This document shows positions 24,931-35,048 of a stretch of DNA of 60,625 bases, one piece after another. The translations under genes were made by a program, and so were the position numbers. The stretch is from Planctomycetaceae bacterium (GTDB lineage Bacteria > Planctomycetota > Planctomycetia > Pirellulales > Pirellulaceae), in the NCBI GenBank assembly GCA_007127095.1, contig SKZY01000185.1, forward strand, positions 1 to 60,625, written 5' to 3'. Each line of letters starts with the position of its first letter. Position 1 is the first letter of the stretch. Under the pieces are notes generated by a model. It made no database searches. It saw only the letters and a list, made by a program, of their open reading frames with translations, and was not told where the DNA came from.

Positions 24931-27391
24931 GGCTGGCTCCTGGTTCTGCTTGAAAGTACTGGAACGGACGGCTGGCGACGACCCGCTTGAGCAGGTCGGC
25001 CAGACGGAAATCGTCGGCTTCACTTTCGCCGGCGATTTGCTCGGTGATACAGCGATCGGCGGGAGACAATTCCCGGCCGAGCGCGAAGGCGAGGAGTTTC
25101 TCGGTGGCGGTCATCGCGAACCTCGAAGACTCCGATTTTCGTAAGGTTTCGGCGAGCTCTTTACCGCCGTTGAAGCTGCGACCGCCGGGCAATTCGCCCG
25201 AAGCGTCGACACCGTCGCCGCCGCGGTAATTGCCGATCGCGTCGAAATCTTCGAAGCCGAAGCCGAGTTGATCCATCACACGATGGCACGACGCACACGA
25301 CGGGTTCGCCCGGTGAATCGCCAATTGCTCGCGGACACTTAAATGAGCCGTCGCCTCTTCATTCGCTTCTAGCTCGGGGACATTCGGTGGCGGTTCGGGT
25401 GGCGGCGTGCCGAGCACACTTTCGAGAATCCATTTACCCCGCAGCACGGGACTGGTCCGCGTCGGATAGCTGGTCAACGTCAGCACACTGGCATGTGTCA
25501 GGATTCCCCGCCGCGGGCTATCGACCAGATCGACTCGGACGAATTCCTCGTCAGCCGCATCCGCGGGGCGATCGAGCCCGTAGTAGTCTGCCAATCGCGC
25601 ATCGACATAGGTGTAATCGGCATCGAGCAGTTCGCCGACCGGCCGATTGTTCCGCAGAACATCCATGAACAGCCGCTCGGTCTCGCCGATCATCGATTCG
25701 ACCAATTCCGGGCTGTAGGTTGGAAACAACGCCGGGTCACGTGGCATGCCATCCAAATTACGCAAGCCCAGCCACTGGGCCGCGAACTGTTGGGATAGAG
25801 ATTTTGAGCGATCATCGGCGAGCATGCGGTCGATCTGCCGCGACAGGACTTCCGCATCTTTTAACTTGCCGTCTTTCGCCAACTTGAGTAACTCTTCGTC
25901 TGGCAAGCTGCTCCAGAGAAAATACGACAACCGGGTCGCCAATTGAAAATCGGTCAGGCGATACTCGCCCTGCTCATCAGGCTCGATGCCTGGGGCGGGC
26001 AGTTCGACCCGGAACAGGAAGCGTGGCGAAACCAGCATTCCGGTGATCGCGTCTTGTAAACCACGGTGAAACGAAGCCCCCCGGTCGGTGGCCGCTTTGA
26101 CCAAGCCGGCGTAGCGATCGACCGTATCCTCATCGACCGGGCCGCGGAACGCACGTTCGAGCAGCGGCTTCAAGCAAACCTTGGCCGATCGTTCGACTTC
26201 GGTGTAGCGATCACCGCGTCGGTTCGGCACCCGTTTGACAATTTCCGACTGACTCGGAGGCAGGGCTTCTTTGGGAAAATCACTCGGACCGTCGATCGAC
26301 AATTTGCGGAACACGAAGTCCATCGATTCCCAATCGATCTCACGGTTGACCTCCAACGACTTTTCGAACAGCTCTCGCCCCTCGGCCAGCGCAGCTTCAT
26401 CCAGCCGGTCGATGCCGTCGAAGCGGGAGAGGCTGCTGAGGTCGAGTTCCTTGATGTCTTCGGGCAAGCCTTCGACCGTGGCCACAATCAACCGGGTCTG
26501 GCCGGCTGGGAACTCATGGCTGAAGGAGGACGATTGATTGCCACCGTCGTCGGCGTGCCGGAAGGCATCGGCGAACAACGGCTTACCCTCGGCATCGTAG
26601 ACCGCGACACCCTGAGGAGCCCGCTCTTTGCTAGCCGCCGTACCGGTCAACCGGACCCGGTAGACGCCCGGCAGATCGAGTTCAAACTCGACCCATGCAA
26701 ACGATTCGGAGGGAAACAACCGGCCGTAAAACGATTCGGTATGCCCCTCACCGACGATCGCGATCCGTTCGCCGCTCATCTCGAGCGTTTGCTTCTTTAG
26801 CGAATTGGGATCGAACAAGACCGCCGCAGCGACCTTCTCAGCCGCGTCGACGTACTTTTCGAGCAACATCGGCGGCATCGCCAAAACGTCGGCGTTATTG
26901 TCGAAACCGCCCCCAACTTCGTCGGAAGGAAAATCGGCGGTCACGTCGAGATCGACACCGAAGAGATCACGGATCGAGTGATTGTATTCGACTCGGTTCA
27001 GCCGGCGGGCCGTGACCCGTCCGGCCTTTGGCCGCAGATCACACGTGACGTTAAAGACGGCATTGTCCAGCGCATCGCCCAACGTTCGTCGTTCTTCGTC
27101 CGAGGGCAGCGCCGCGTCGTCCGGAGGCATCGCCCCAAAACGGACCATCTGCAGCACCCGATTCCACAAATCGGGATTCGCCTCGGCATGCGACAGTTCT
27201 TCGAACGGCGAAAGGTCGAGTTCCGCTTCCTGATAATCGGCGTTGTGGCAATCGATGCAGTAGGTCTGTAACAGCTGCCAACCCTCGCCCTGCCACTTCG
27301 CAACCCGAGCGTCATCAGCCTGGGCTGACAGCGTGAACGAGCCGAGTGCCACTAAGATGGGCATCAGAAGACGGCAGGAGTAAACGATCAT
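24917..27391 (-). CDS. DUF1592/DUF1588/DUF1585-type protein with N-terminal planctomycete cytochrome c (PSCyt) domain
   Basis: Signal peptide. CxxCH haem motif in YCIDCHNADYQ. C-terminal CASCHRVMDQLGFGFEDFDAIG is typical of this family. It is the canonical partner of the downstream DUF1552 gene. Confidence 0.88.
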   Translation of the reverse strand: MIVYSCRLLMPILVALGSFTLSAQADDARVAKWQGEGWQLLQTYCIDCHNADYQEAELDLSPFEELSHAEANPDLWNRVLQMVRFGAMPPDDAALPSDEERRTLGDALDNAVFNVTCDLRPKAGRVTARRLNRVEYNHSIRDLFGVDLDVTADFPSDEVGGGFDNNADVLAMPPMLLEKYVDAAEKVAAAVLFDPNSLKKQTLEMSGERIAIVGEGHTESFYGRLFPSESFAWVEFELDLPGVYRVRLTGTAASKERAPQGVAVYDAEGKPLFADAFRHADDGGNQSSSFSHEFPAGQTRLIVATVEGLPEDIKELDLSSLSRFDGIDRLDEAALAEGRELFEKSLEVNREIDWESMDFVFRKLSIDGPSDFPKEALPPSQSEIVKRVPNRRGDRYTEVERSAKVCLKPLLERAFRGPVDEDTVDRYAGLVKAATDRGASFHRGLQDAITGMLVSPRFLFRVELPAPGIEPDEQGEYRLTDFQLATRLSYFLWSSLPDEELLKLAKDGKLKDAEVLSRQIDRMLADDRSKSLSQQFAAQWLGLRNLDGMPRDPALFPTYSPELVESMIGETERLFMDVLRNNRPVGELLDADYTYVDARLADYYGLDRPADAADEEFVRVDLVDSPRRGILTHASVLTLTSYPTRTSPVLRGKWILESVLGTPPPEPPPNVPELEANEEATAHLSVREQLAIHRANPSCASCHRVMDQLGFGFEDFDAIGNYRGGDGVDASGELPGGRSFNGGKELAETLRKSESSRFAMTATEKLLAFALGRELSPADRCITEQIAGESEADDFRLADLLKRVVASRPFQYFQAEPGASHDSQ

Positions 27392-27872
27392 GAAAGCAAA
27401 TCGGCTGGCGGGGACGGGACGCTGGCAAATCGGTCGCCGGTCCGGTCGGAGGTGGGAAGGTCAGGGCGGGACAGAGCGACGTTTTTCAACGCCACTTGCA
27501 ACCGCTTCATTGTACGGGTGCGAGGCTCGCAATACAACCGAAACGGAGCGTTCCCTGAGCCATTGCCTCGTCACGACGCCCCTGAATGATTAGATCGGGT
27601 CGCGGAATGCCGGCTATCCAGCCTTTCCGTCTTCGACAGACGCGACCGCCACGCAAGGGAGGGGGGTACGATGTGCGGTCAATGCGATAAAAACGGTGCA
27701 AAATCGCTCGATTGACCGGGACCTGTGCTAGCGATTTGCGAACGATCTCGATACGCTAGATCGCCCGATTTTAGTCGGTTAGTCGGCCGAGCGGATGGCC
27801 GATCGATCGATGTGGATAGCTTGGCCGGCGGTGACGTGTTGTTGGTACCCGAGATCCCTGAGTCGTACATTC

Positions 27873-28646
27873 ATGCAGCCCGCAGGCATTCGTCCGCAAT
27901 CGGACCCCGACGACTCAAGCTGTGCCGACGCTGGCGAACCCGAGGAAACGATCGATGAGAAGATCGAGCGGTGTCAGCGGATCGTCGAACACCGGTTTAC
28001 CGATCTGAGCCTGCTGCAATCCGCACTGACCCACGCTTCGGGTGCGGCGCATCGGCTCGGCAACAACGAACGGTTGGAGTTCCTCGGCGATAGCGTGCTG
28101 GGAATGGTGGTATGCCAATGGTTGTACGAGGAATATCCCGAGTACAGCGAAGGCGACTTAACGAAAATCAAATCGGCGGTCGTCAGCCGCCGGGCCTGCG
28201 GAAAGGTCGCTTGCGAACTCGGCTTGGACGATTGCCTGATCGTCGGCAAAGGGATCATCCGCGGCCGGGGGTTTCCGAAGTCGCTCGTCAGCGACGTCTT
28301 CGAAGCGGTGGTCGCGGCGTTATTTTTGGACGCTGGACTCGACGTCGTCCACAGTCGACTGCGGAAATGGCTCGCCAGCGAAGTTCGAACGGCGATCGAA
28401 GGGCGGGGCAGCGGGAATTACAAGTCGCTGCTCCAACAATACGCCCAACGCGAACGATCGAGCACGCCCTTTTATCGCCTGGTGACCGAATCGGGCCCCG
28501 ATCATCGCAAACGGTTTCGCGTGTCGGCCGTGATCGCCGGCGAAGAGTTTCAACCGGCTTGGGGCAACAACAAAAAGGACGCCGAACAACATGCGGCGGC
28601 CAATGCGTTGGCGATCCTGCATCAGGAACCACCTCCCTTCGACTGA
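27873..28646 (+). CDS. rnc: Ribonuclease III
   Basis: RNase III signature NERLEFLGDSVLG. Also FEAVVAALFLD and a C-terminal dsRBD (NYKSLLQQYAQ...GPDHRKRF...GNNKKDAEQHAAANAL). The ATG at 27873 was chosen. Confidence 0.93.
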   Translation: MQPAGIRPQSDPDDSSCADAGEPEETIDEKIERCQRIVEHRFTDLSLLQSALTHASGAAHRLGNNERLEFLGDSVLGMVVCQWLYEEYPEYSEGDLTKIKSAVVSRRACGKVACELGLDDCLIVGKGIIRGRGFPKSLVSDVFEAVVAALFLDAGLDVVHSRLRKWLASEVRTAIEGRGSGNYKSLLQQYAQRERSSTPFYRLVTESGPDHRKRFRVSAVIAGEEFQPAWGNNKKDAEQHAAANALAILHQEPPPFD

Positions 28647-29318
28647 TCAGCGACGCGACCGGGCGACCGCCGGGTTCAACGGCTGATCGTCGGGTTGCAG
28701 TTCGGCGTAGATTCCGACTAAGTCTTCAGCGGGGCCTTGGTCACCGTAGAGCAGCATTGACGAGCCGGCGAAGTACCGCTCGTCGAACAGTCGGATCGAT
28801 TCACCGGCCGACCGCGAGACGGTTTGACGCCCCACCCCCGTACTCATCACGTCGTGCGTGCCACGAAATACGGTTGCTAATTCTTCGGGCAGCGCCGTCC
28901 CGATCCGACTGACCCCGCCGGCATGACGGACGATCGTGGTGATTTTCCAGCGGTCGTCGCGCGGGTCCTTCAAAACACGAACGGTGATCAACGACTCGCC
29001 CTCAGGAACCCGCTGGGCCGCGAACCACTCGGGGGCTTGCTTCGCCTGGCCCCAAACCGCGCTATACGCCACCCGATATGCCGCGCCCTTGGGGACCCGA
29101 ATCCGCGATTGCCAAACGAGCGGTTCGGTCGAAGCGACGCGGACCGCGGCGATCTCATCGGCGTCGCTGGCCTCAAGGTACCCGACCTCGTCACGCAGCC
29201 GAGCGAGTTCAGCCTCCGCCGACCGCATGCGGATGAAGTTGCCGACATAGGTGATTGTCAACACGATCGTGGCCATCAGGATCAGCAGCCCGCGAATCGT
29301 GATTTGAGGTCGGGTCAA
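28647..29318 (-). CDS. Hypothetical N-terminally anchored protein
   Basis: The TTG start (29318-29316) is preceded by GAGGAGG with a 6-nt spacer and overlaps the upstream stop (TTGA). The N-terminus RPQITIRGLLILMATIVLTITYV is a TM anchor of a type common in planctomycete hypotheticals. No domain recognised. Confidence 0.65.
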   Translation of the reverse strand: MTRPQITIRGLLILMATIVLTITYVGNFIRMRSAEAELARLRDEVGYLEASDADEIAAVRVASTEPLVWQSRIRVPKGAAYRVAYSAVWGQAKQAPEWFAAQRVPEGESLITVRVLKDPRDDRWKITTIVRHAGGVSRIGTALPEELATVFRGTHDVMSTGVGRQTVSRSAGESIRLFDERYFAGSSMLLYGDQGPAEDLVGIYAELQPDDQPLNPAVARSRR

Positions 29319-30706
29319 GGTTGACCTCCTCGATTCGTCGCGCCGGCGGCAAGCGAATCGCTCAGGCGGACTGATTCGCGATCTCCGCTAGCCACATAAT
29401 TCCTGATCGCCGACGACGGTGTTTCGCCGTTTCGCAGACAATCGATCAACCCGTTCCCGGCCGAAAATGCCGCCATTCCGCGTGGCGAGGCGGATGCGGC
29501 GGAATCGATTAACGCCACCATCGCGGTCGCACCGAGCGAATCGAAATAGGCAAAAAAGCCGTCCGGGCGGCCAAAACCGAGCCCACCGGAAAGCGCCAAT
29601 TCGATCGCGTCAAACGACTCGACCACACCACTACGAAGAATCTCGGCCGCCTCGATCCACATCGGGATCGCCAGCCAGCCGGTCACTTCTTGCTCGGTCC
29701 ACTGCCGCTGATCACGAGCATACTTGTCGACCACGTCGGCAGCCTGCGGGGCCAGACGGTCGTCGGCGATCAAAAAACCGCCGCCGAATGCGGTCCCCAA
29801 TCGTCCCGCTTTGATCATCCCCGAAAGGATCGGCGCGGGGTCGATCCGTTTGGGAAAGTGTCGCCAAAAGACTCGCCCCGAATCGAATGCGGTGCGGATT
29901 CCGATCAAGTCGATCAAACGCAGCGGTGAAAACGGCATCCCGAAGCCGGTCGCGGCAACGCCGAGCATCTCGGCCGTGACCCCGCGGCCGAGCAATAACA
30001 ACGCCTGATTGAGGTACGGCGCCAGCAACCGATTGACGACGAAACCAGGGCTGTCGCGTGTCTGCAACGAACGCTTGCCGAGTGCGATCGCCAAATCCTG
30101 GCAACGCCTGACGGTCGTCGCGGCTGTCAACATCACCTCCGACCCAAACGACCCGCTGGTCGCGCCGATCTCACCCGGCGAGCGTGCGGGCTGCGCCGTG
30201 CGTGCAATCAATTCCACCAATGGCCGCTGCGCGACAGGCATGAAGAAGTGCATCCCCAAGCAATGCGGGTGCTCGGGGATCGCTGAAAAAACTTCAGCCA
30301 CGCTGAGGTTCGATGTGTTCGTGGCCAAGATGCAGGAGTGACCCAGTGTCGTCGCTGCCATCGCGAAGAACCGCTGTTTGAGCTCCAGTTTTTCGGAGAT
30401 CGATTCGATCAAAATGGGTGGAGGCCCGGAGCCTCCATGACCGTGACCGAAGCGATGGGCAACCAACCCAGGCAGCGGGCTGGCGGTCGCGGCGCCGGCA
30501 ACCGCCGGATGCTCAGCGGCGATCTCGGCGACCGCCCGCACCACGGCGTCGGGGGCGGTGTCCATCAGGATCGCGTCGAAGCCGTGCGACAAGCAGTCGG
30601 CCAGGATCGCCCGACCGACCACGCCGGCACCGGCCAACGCGATCGGGCCGGTACGAAACGCCGCTAAGTCAGGATCGGGCAACTCGGTCGTGGGTTTCAG
30701 ATTCAT
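29315..30706 (-). CDS. 3-hydroxyacyl-CoA dehydrogenase family protein
   Basis: NAD-binding motif IALAGAGVVGRAI. Also ESISEKLELKQRFF, ILATNTSNLSV, GMHFFMPV..PLVEL and SPGFVVNRLL. The ATG at 30706 (MNLKPTT) is preferred over the track's GTG at 30742. Confidence 0.85.
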   Translation of the reverse strand: MNLKPTTELPDPDLAAFRTGPIALAGAGVVGRAILADCLSHGFDAILMDTAPDAVVRAVAEIAAEHPAVAGAATASPLPGLVAHRFGHGHGGSGPPPILIESISEKLELKQRFFAMAATTLGHSCILATNTSNLSVAEVFSAIPEHPHCLGMHFFMPVAQRPLVELIARTAQPARSPGEIGATSGSFGSEVMLTAATTVRRCQDLAIALGKRSLQTRDSPGFVVNRLLAPYLNQALLLLGRGVTAEMLGVAATGFGMPFSPLRLIDLIGIRTAFDSGRVFWRHFPKRIDPAPILSGMIKAGRLGTAFGGGFLIADDRLAPQAADVVDKYARDQRQWTEQEVTGWLAIPMWIEAAEILRSGVVESFDAIELALSGGLGFGRPDGFFAYFDSLGATAMVALIDSAASASPRGMAAFSAGNGLIDCLRNGETPSSAIRNYVASGDRESVRLSDSLAAGATNRGGQP

Positions 30707-30820
30707 TGCATTATGGTAAACCAAGGTCAGCCCCCGTGGCACGACCCGCCGGCCGGTCGAGAATCGCCCGATTCGCTCGACGTCCCTTCAATCTCTGACA
30801 TTGTTACCCACGTTTTCGCC

Positions 30821-31303
30821 ATGTTGATAACCACGCTACTTTCGGCGATGCCGAGCGATCGCCCGCTGGCTTCGATACGTTCACAAGCGTGGCCGCTGGC
30901 GTTCACTCTGTTGTTGAGTGTCGCGACGGGAGGTTGTTCGCGACAGCCTGTGGAGTCCGCAGCGACCGCGGATTCTGACTCGTCCGCGGAGGTCGCGAGC
31001 GGGCCTGTCGAAGTGATCATCCGGTCGGCCGATGGTGAGTATCGACACCGGTTCGAGGACGTCGCCGCGGGAACGACACTCGCCGAGGTCATGTCGCGGG
31101 TCGACGAACCGGTGGTCAAGATCGTCGGTTCTGGCGCCACCACCTTCGTCGAATCGATCGGCGAATCGGGGACGACCGGCGGAACCGGCTGGAGTTACAG
31201 CGTCGACGGTGAATGGGGTGATCGAAGTATCGGCGTTTATCCGTTGACGCCTCCGGCAGAGGTGGTTTGGACCCACGGAACGTTCGCCGAAAACGCCCCT
31301 TAG
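30821..31303 (+). CDS. Putative lipoprotein with DUF4430-like C-terminal domain
   Basis: ATG at 30821. The signal plus LSVATGGC is lipobox-like. The C-terminal GWSYSVDGEWGDRSIGVYPLTPPAEVVW resembles the DUF4430 (transcobalamin-like) motif. Confidence 0.65.
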   Translation: MLITTLLSAMPSDRPLASIRSQAWPLAFTLLLSVATGGCSRQPVESAATADSDSSAEVASGPVEVIIRSADGEYRHRFEDVAAGTTLAEVMSRVDEPVVKIVGSGATTFVESIGESGTTGGTGWSYSVDGEWGDRSIGVYPLTPPAEVVWTHGTFAENAP

Positions 31304-31392
31304 TCGACCCTGCCCAGTTTGATCGCGATTGGATAGACTCTGGCGGAACGATCACCGCAGTTTCTCACTTTTAACCCCACTCGACCCCGTCC

Positions 31393-32829
31393 ATGTCTGC
31401 CCCTGCCGACGCGACGTCCAGCCCGCGAACGATGCTGGACAAAATCTGGGATTCACACGTTGTCCATGCCGAGTCGGGTCAGCCTGCGATCCTGTATGTC
31501 GACCTGCACCTCGTCCATGAGGTAACCAGCCCGCAAGCGTTTGAAGGGCTGCGGCTTAACGGACGGCAGGTCCGCCGCGCCGAGCGGACGATCGCGACGC
31601 CCGATCACAATGTCCCGACCAGCGACCGATCGTTGCCGATCGCTGACCCGATCAGCCGTAAGCAGATCGAAACGCTGCGTGAGAATTGTCAGCAGTTCGG
31701 CATCCGACTGTTCGATATCGGCGACGTGCGGCAGGGAATCGTCCACGTCATCGGTCCCGAGAACGGATATACCCAACCCGGGATGACGATCGTCTGCGGC
31801 GACAGCCACACCGCGACTCATGGCGCATTCGGGGCGCTCGCCTTCGGGATCGGGACCAGCGAGGTCGAACATGTGCTGGCGACGCAGACGCTGTTGCAGT
31901 TTAAGCCGCAGACCTTCGAGTTGCGGGTCGACGGAAAACTGCCTCCGGGCGTCACCGCGAAGGACATGATCCTCTACCTGATCGGCAAACTCGGAACCGC
32001 CGGCGGGACCGGTTATGTCTTGGAGTACGCCGGTGACTGCGTCAGCGCGTTGTCGATGGAAGAACGGATGACGGTCTGCAACATGTCGATCGAGGCCGGC
32101 GCTCGGGCCGGCATGATCGCCCCCGACGAGATCACTTTTGACTACCTGCGCGGTAAACCCGAAGCACCCCAAGGGGCCGCTTTCGATGCCGCCGTAGAAT
32201 GTTGGCGGCAGTTGCCGAGCGATCCCGGCGCCCGTTTCGACCGCTCGCTCGCCTTTCGAGGTGAAGAGATTCAGCCGCAAGTCACTTGGGGTACGAATCC
32301 AGGCCAGGTGCTGGGGATCGGCGACCAGGTTCCGTCACCGGCCGATTTTTCCGATGCGACCGAACGCAAATCGACCGAATCGGCGTTGCAGTACATGGGG
32401 CTGACCGCCGGCACACCGCTCCGCGAGGTGACGCTCGATCGCGTCTTCATCGGCAGTTGCACCAACGCCCGGATCGAAGACCTGAGAGCCGCTGCGGCGG
32501 TCGCCAAAGGCTATCGAGTCGCCGGTACGGTCAACGCGATGGTCGTGCCGGGCAGCGGCCAGGTCAAACGCCAAGCCGAGCAGGAAGGCCTCGACCGGGT
32601 CTTCATCGAGGCCGGTTTCGATTGGCGCGAAGCCGGTTGCAGCATGTGTCTGGCGATGAATCCCGACAAGTTGGCGCCGGGCGAGCGTTGTGCCAGTACC
32701 AGTAACCGCAATTTTGAAGGCCGCCAGGGCAAGGGCGGCCGGACCCATCTGGTCAGTCCGGCGATGGCGGCGGCCGCAGCCATCGAGGGGCATTTCGTCG
32801 ACATCCGCGATTGGGACTACAAGTCATGA
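31393..32829 (+). CDS. leuC: 3-isopropylmalate dehydratase large subunit
   Basis: Motifs [40 protein letters not shown] and CSMCLAMN (Fe-S ligands). Confidence 0.97.
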   Translation: MSAPADATSSPRTMLDKIWDSHVVHAESGQPAILYVDLHLVHEVTSPQAFEGLRLNGRQVRRAERTIATPDHNVPTSDRSLPIADPISRKQIETLRENCQQFGIRLFDIGDVRQGIVHVIGPENGYTQPGMTIVCGDSHTATHGAFGALAFGIGTSEVEHVLATQTLLQFKPQTFELRVDGKLPPGVTAKDMILYLIGKLGTAGGTGYVLEYAGDCVSALSMEERMTVCNMSIEAGARAGMIAPDEITFDYLRGKPEAPQGAAFDAAVECWRQLPSDPGARFDRSLAFRGEEIQPQVTWGTNPGQVLGIGDQVPSPADFSDATERKSTESALQYMGLTAGTPLREVTLDRVFIGSCTNARIEDLRAAAAVAKGYRVAGTVNAMVVPGSGQVKRQAEQEGLDRVFIEAGFDWREAGCSMCLAMNPDKLAPGERCASTSNRNFEGRQGKGGRTHLVSPAMAAAAAIEGHFVDIRDWDYKS

Positions 32830-33434
32830 AATCTTTCACCGTGCATTCCGGCTTGGTCGCGACGATGGATCGTGCCAACGTCGATACCGACCAGATCATC
32901 CCCAAGCAGTTCCTCAAGCGGATCGAGCGGACCGGATTCGGCCAATTCCTCTTTTTCGATTGGCGGTTCGCCGAAGACGGGACGACTCCCAACCCCGACT
33001 TCGAGTTGAATCAGCCGCAGACTCGAGGCGCTTCGATCTTGGTCGCCCGCAAGAACTTCGGCAGCGGCAGCAGCCGGGAACACGCCGTCTGGGCGCTGGA
33101 CGATTACGGGTTCCGCTGCGTGATCGCCCCCTCGTTCGCCGACATCTTCTTTAACAACAGCTTCAAGAACGGCTTTCTGCCGATCGTCTTGCCCGCCGAC
33201 CAAGTCGACGAATTGTTCGCCCGTGCGAAGAAGCATTCGCCGTATCGATTGACGGTCGACCTCGAGCAACAACGGGTATCCGATGAACACGGGTTCGCTT
33301 GCGGGTTCGAGATCGACCCGTCGCGTCGACACAACCTCTTGAACGGATTGGACGACATCGCCCAAACGCTGTTGCACGAGGAGCAGATCACCGCGTTTGA
33401 GAACCGTCGCGACGCGGCCGCTGCCGGTGTTTGA
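32826..33434 (+). CDS. leuD: 3-isopropylmalate dehydratase small subunit
   Basis: The ATG at 32826 overlaps the leuC stop (ATGA). Motifs [25 protein letters not shown] and FADIFFNN. Confidence 0.95.
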   Translation: MKSFTVHSGLVATMDRANVDTDQIIPKQFLKRIERTGFGQFLFFDWRFAEDGTTPNPDFELNQPQTRGASILVARKNFGSGSSREHAVWALDDYGFRCVIAPSFADIFFNNSFKNGFLPIVLPADQVDELFARAKKHSPYRLTVDLEQQRVSDEHGFACGFEIDPSRRHNLLNGLDDIAQTLLHEEQITAFENRRDAAAAGV

Positions 33435-33503
33435 TCGGTCGGCCAGTTTTTCCTGTGTCGCCGAGTTTCCATTTGTCCGTCCGCACAAGCCGAGTGAGAC
33501 GAC

Positions 33504-35048
33504 GTGTCGTCGCTGATCATCGCCTGCCTGTTGGTCGGCGGACTGCTCGCCATCGGTCAACGTCTGCGTGACGGCTTCGCGGTCTTTGAGCGGATTTACA
33601 TCCCGGCGTCGGTGATCGCCGGCACGGTCGGACTGGCGGTTGTGCAAACGGCTGATCTTCTGTCGCCGCCGCCGCTGATCGCCTTGCCGTTGGACCTGGC
33701 TGCCGCTTCACTGCGTGACTGGCCGGGCGTGCTGATCGCCGTCGTTTTCGCGGCGATGCTGTTGCAACGGTCGTCGGGCGCGATGCGACTCGGGTTTCGG
33801 GCGACCGGCAGCGAAGCGCTGATGGTTTGGATCATCGCTTTGGGCCAAACCGCGATCGGCGTAACTCTGACTTGGTTAATCATTCAACCTCTGTACCCGA
33901 GTCTTCCCAATGCCTTCGGGATGCTGATCGAAACCGGGTTCGCTGGTGGGCACGGCACCGCCGCGGCGATGGGCCAGGTCTTTGTGACCCCCGCGATCGA
34001 CTTCCCGTCAGGACGCGATCTCGGCATGCTGATGGCGACCGTGGGACTCGTCTATGGCACCATCTCAGGAATTTTTTGGATCAATTTCGTATTCCGGTCT
34101 CGTTGGTCAGGTTACGGCGGCTCGGCGGTTCTGGCAGCCAGCGATGCGAGTTCGTCTCATGGCCCTGAAGCGGCCGATGAAACCGGGCCGCCCCACTCAA
34201 CGAAAGCGGCAGAGGAAACATGGTTGATCCGTTATCCACGTCAATTCGCTTGGATCGCGGCCGCTTTTCTGATCGGTAGCGGCGGTCAATGGCTGGTCGG
34301 CGAATCGGCGCGGTGGTGGGACTCAATCGTGGTCGCCACCGACACGGCTGCCGATTCGGCCTCTGCGGAGCCGACCGCCGGCACGCCAACCGAACGCAAC
34401 CGGACCGAGACCGTGGACGATTCGTCGATGAGCGGTCGGTTACGAATGGCTTCGTTGGTCGGCAGCTTTCCGCTGTTCATCTACACGCTGTTCGGCGGTT
34501 GGTTGGTCAGCCGGGCTTTGATGCTGTTCGGTCGGCCCCACTGGATGGACGGGGTCGCTTCGGGCCGGATCAGCACCTGGGCGATGGACCTGTTGGTGGT
34601 CGCCGCGATCACGACACTCAACCTCGAAGCGGTCGCCGCGCTGTTGTTCCCGGTGACCGTGCTGTTTGTCGGTGGGTCGTTGTGGTCGGCGGTCTGTCTG
34701 CTGATCTTGTCGCCGCGGATTCTGCCCCGCTCCCACTGGTTCGAACTCGGTTTGATCAACTATGGGATGAGCACCGGAACGACGGCGACGGGGTTCGTCC
34801 TGCTGCGTCTGGTCGATCCGCAACTACGGTCCGACGCCGCTAAGCATTACGCCTTAGCCGCACCGCTGTCGGCCCCCTTCGTCGGCGGTGGGTTGGTGAC
34901 GATCGGGCTACCGTTGTTGTTCTTATCGAAAATCCCGATCGGCATCTCGGCGATCACGCTATGTCTGATCGTGGCGATCTTGATCGGTCTGGCGATGCGG
35001 ATCGGTCGATCTTCAATGCCGGTCACTAGAAACGCGACTGTCGATTGA
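33504..35048 (+). CDS. Sodium/glutamate symporter family (GltS-like) membrane transporter with long central insertion
   Basis: GTG start. The N-terminus (LAIGQRLRDGFAVFERIYIPASVIAG) and FAGGHGTAAAM align to E. coli GltS (LLGRKLVHSVSFLKKYTIPEPVAGG and SGGHGTGAAW). It is multi-TM. A ~100-aa low-complexity Ser/Ala/Thr/Glu loop lies mid-protein. Confidence 0.72.
   Translation: MSSLIIACLLVGGLLAIGQRLRDGFAVFERIYIPASVIAGTVGLAVVQTADLLSPPPLIALPLDLAAASLRDWPGVLIAVVFAAMLLQRSSGAMRLGFRATGSEALMVWIIALGQTAIGVTLTWLIIQPLYPSLPNAFGMLIETGFAGGHGTAAAMGQVFVTPAIDFPSGRDLGMLMATVGLVYGTISGIFWINFVFRSRWSGYGGSAVLAASDASSSHGPEAADETGPPHSTKAAEETWLIRYPRQFAWIAAAFLIGSGGQWLVGESARWWDSIVVATDTAADSASAEPTAGTPTERNRTETVDDSSMSGRLRMASLVGSFPLFIYTLFGGWLVSRALMLFGRPHWMDGVASGRISTWAMDLLVVAAITTLNLEAVAALLFPVTVLFVGGSLWSAVCLLILSPRILPRSHWFELGLINYGMSTGTTATGFVLLRLVDPQLRSDAAKHYALAAPLSAPFVGGGLVTIGLPLLFLSKIPIGISAITLCLIVAILIGLAMRIGRSSMPVTRNATVD

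Noticed and set aside
32817-33647. 276-aa minus-strand ORF
   Set aside because: It is antisense to leuD and to the start of the transporter gene. No motifs.
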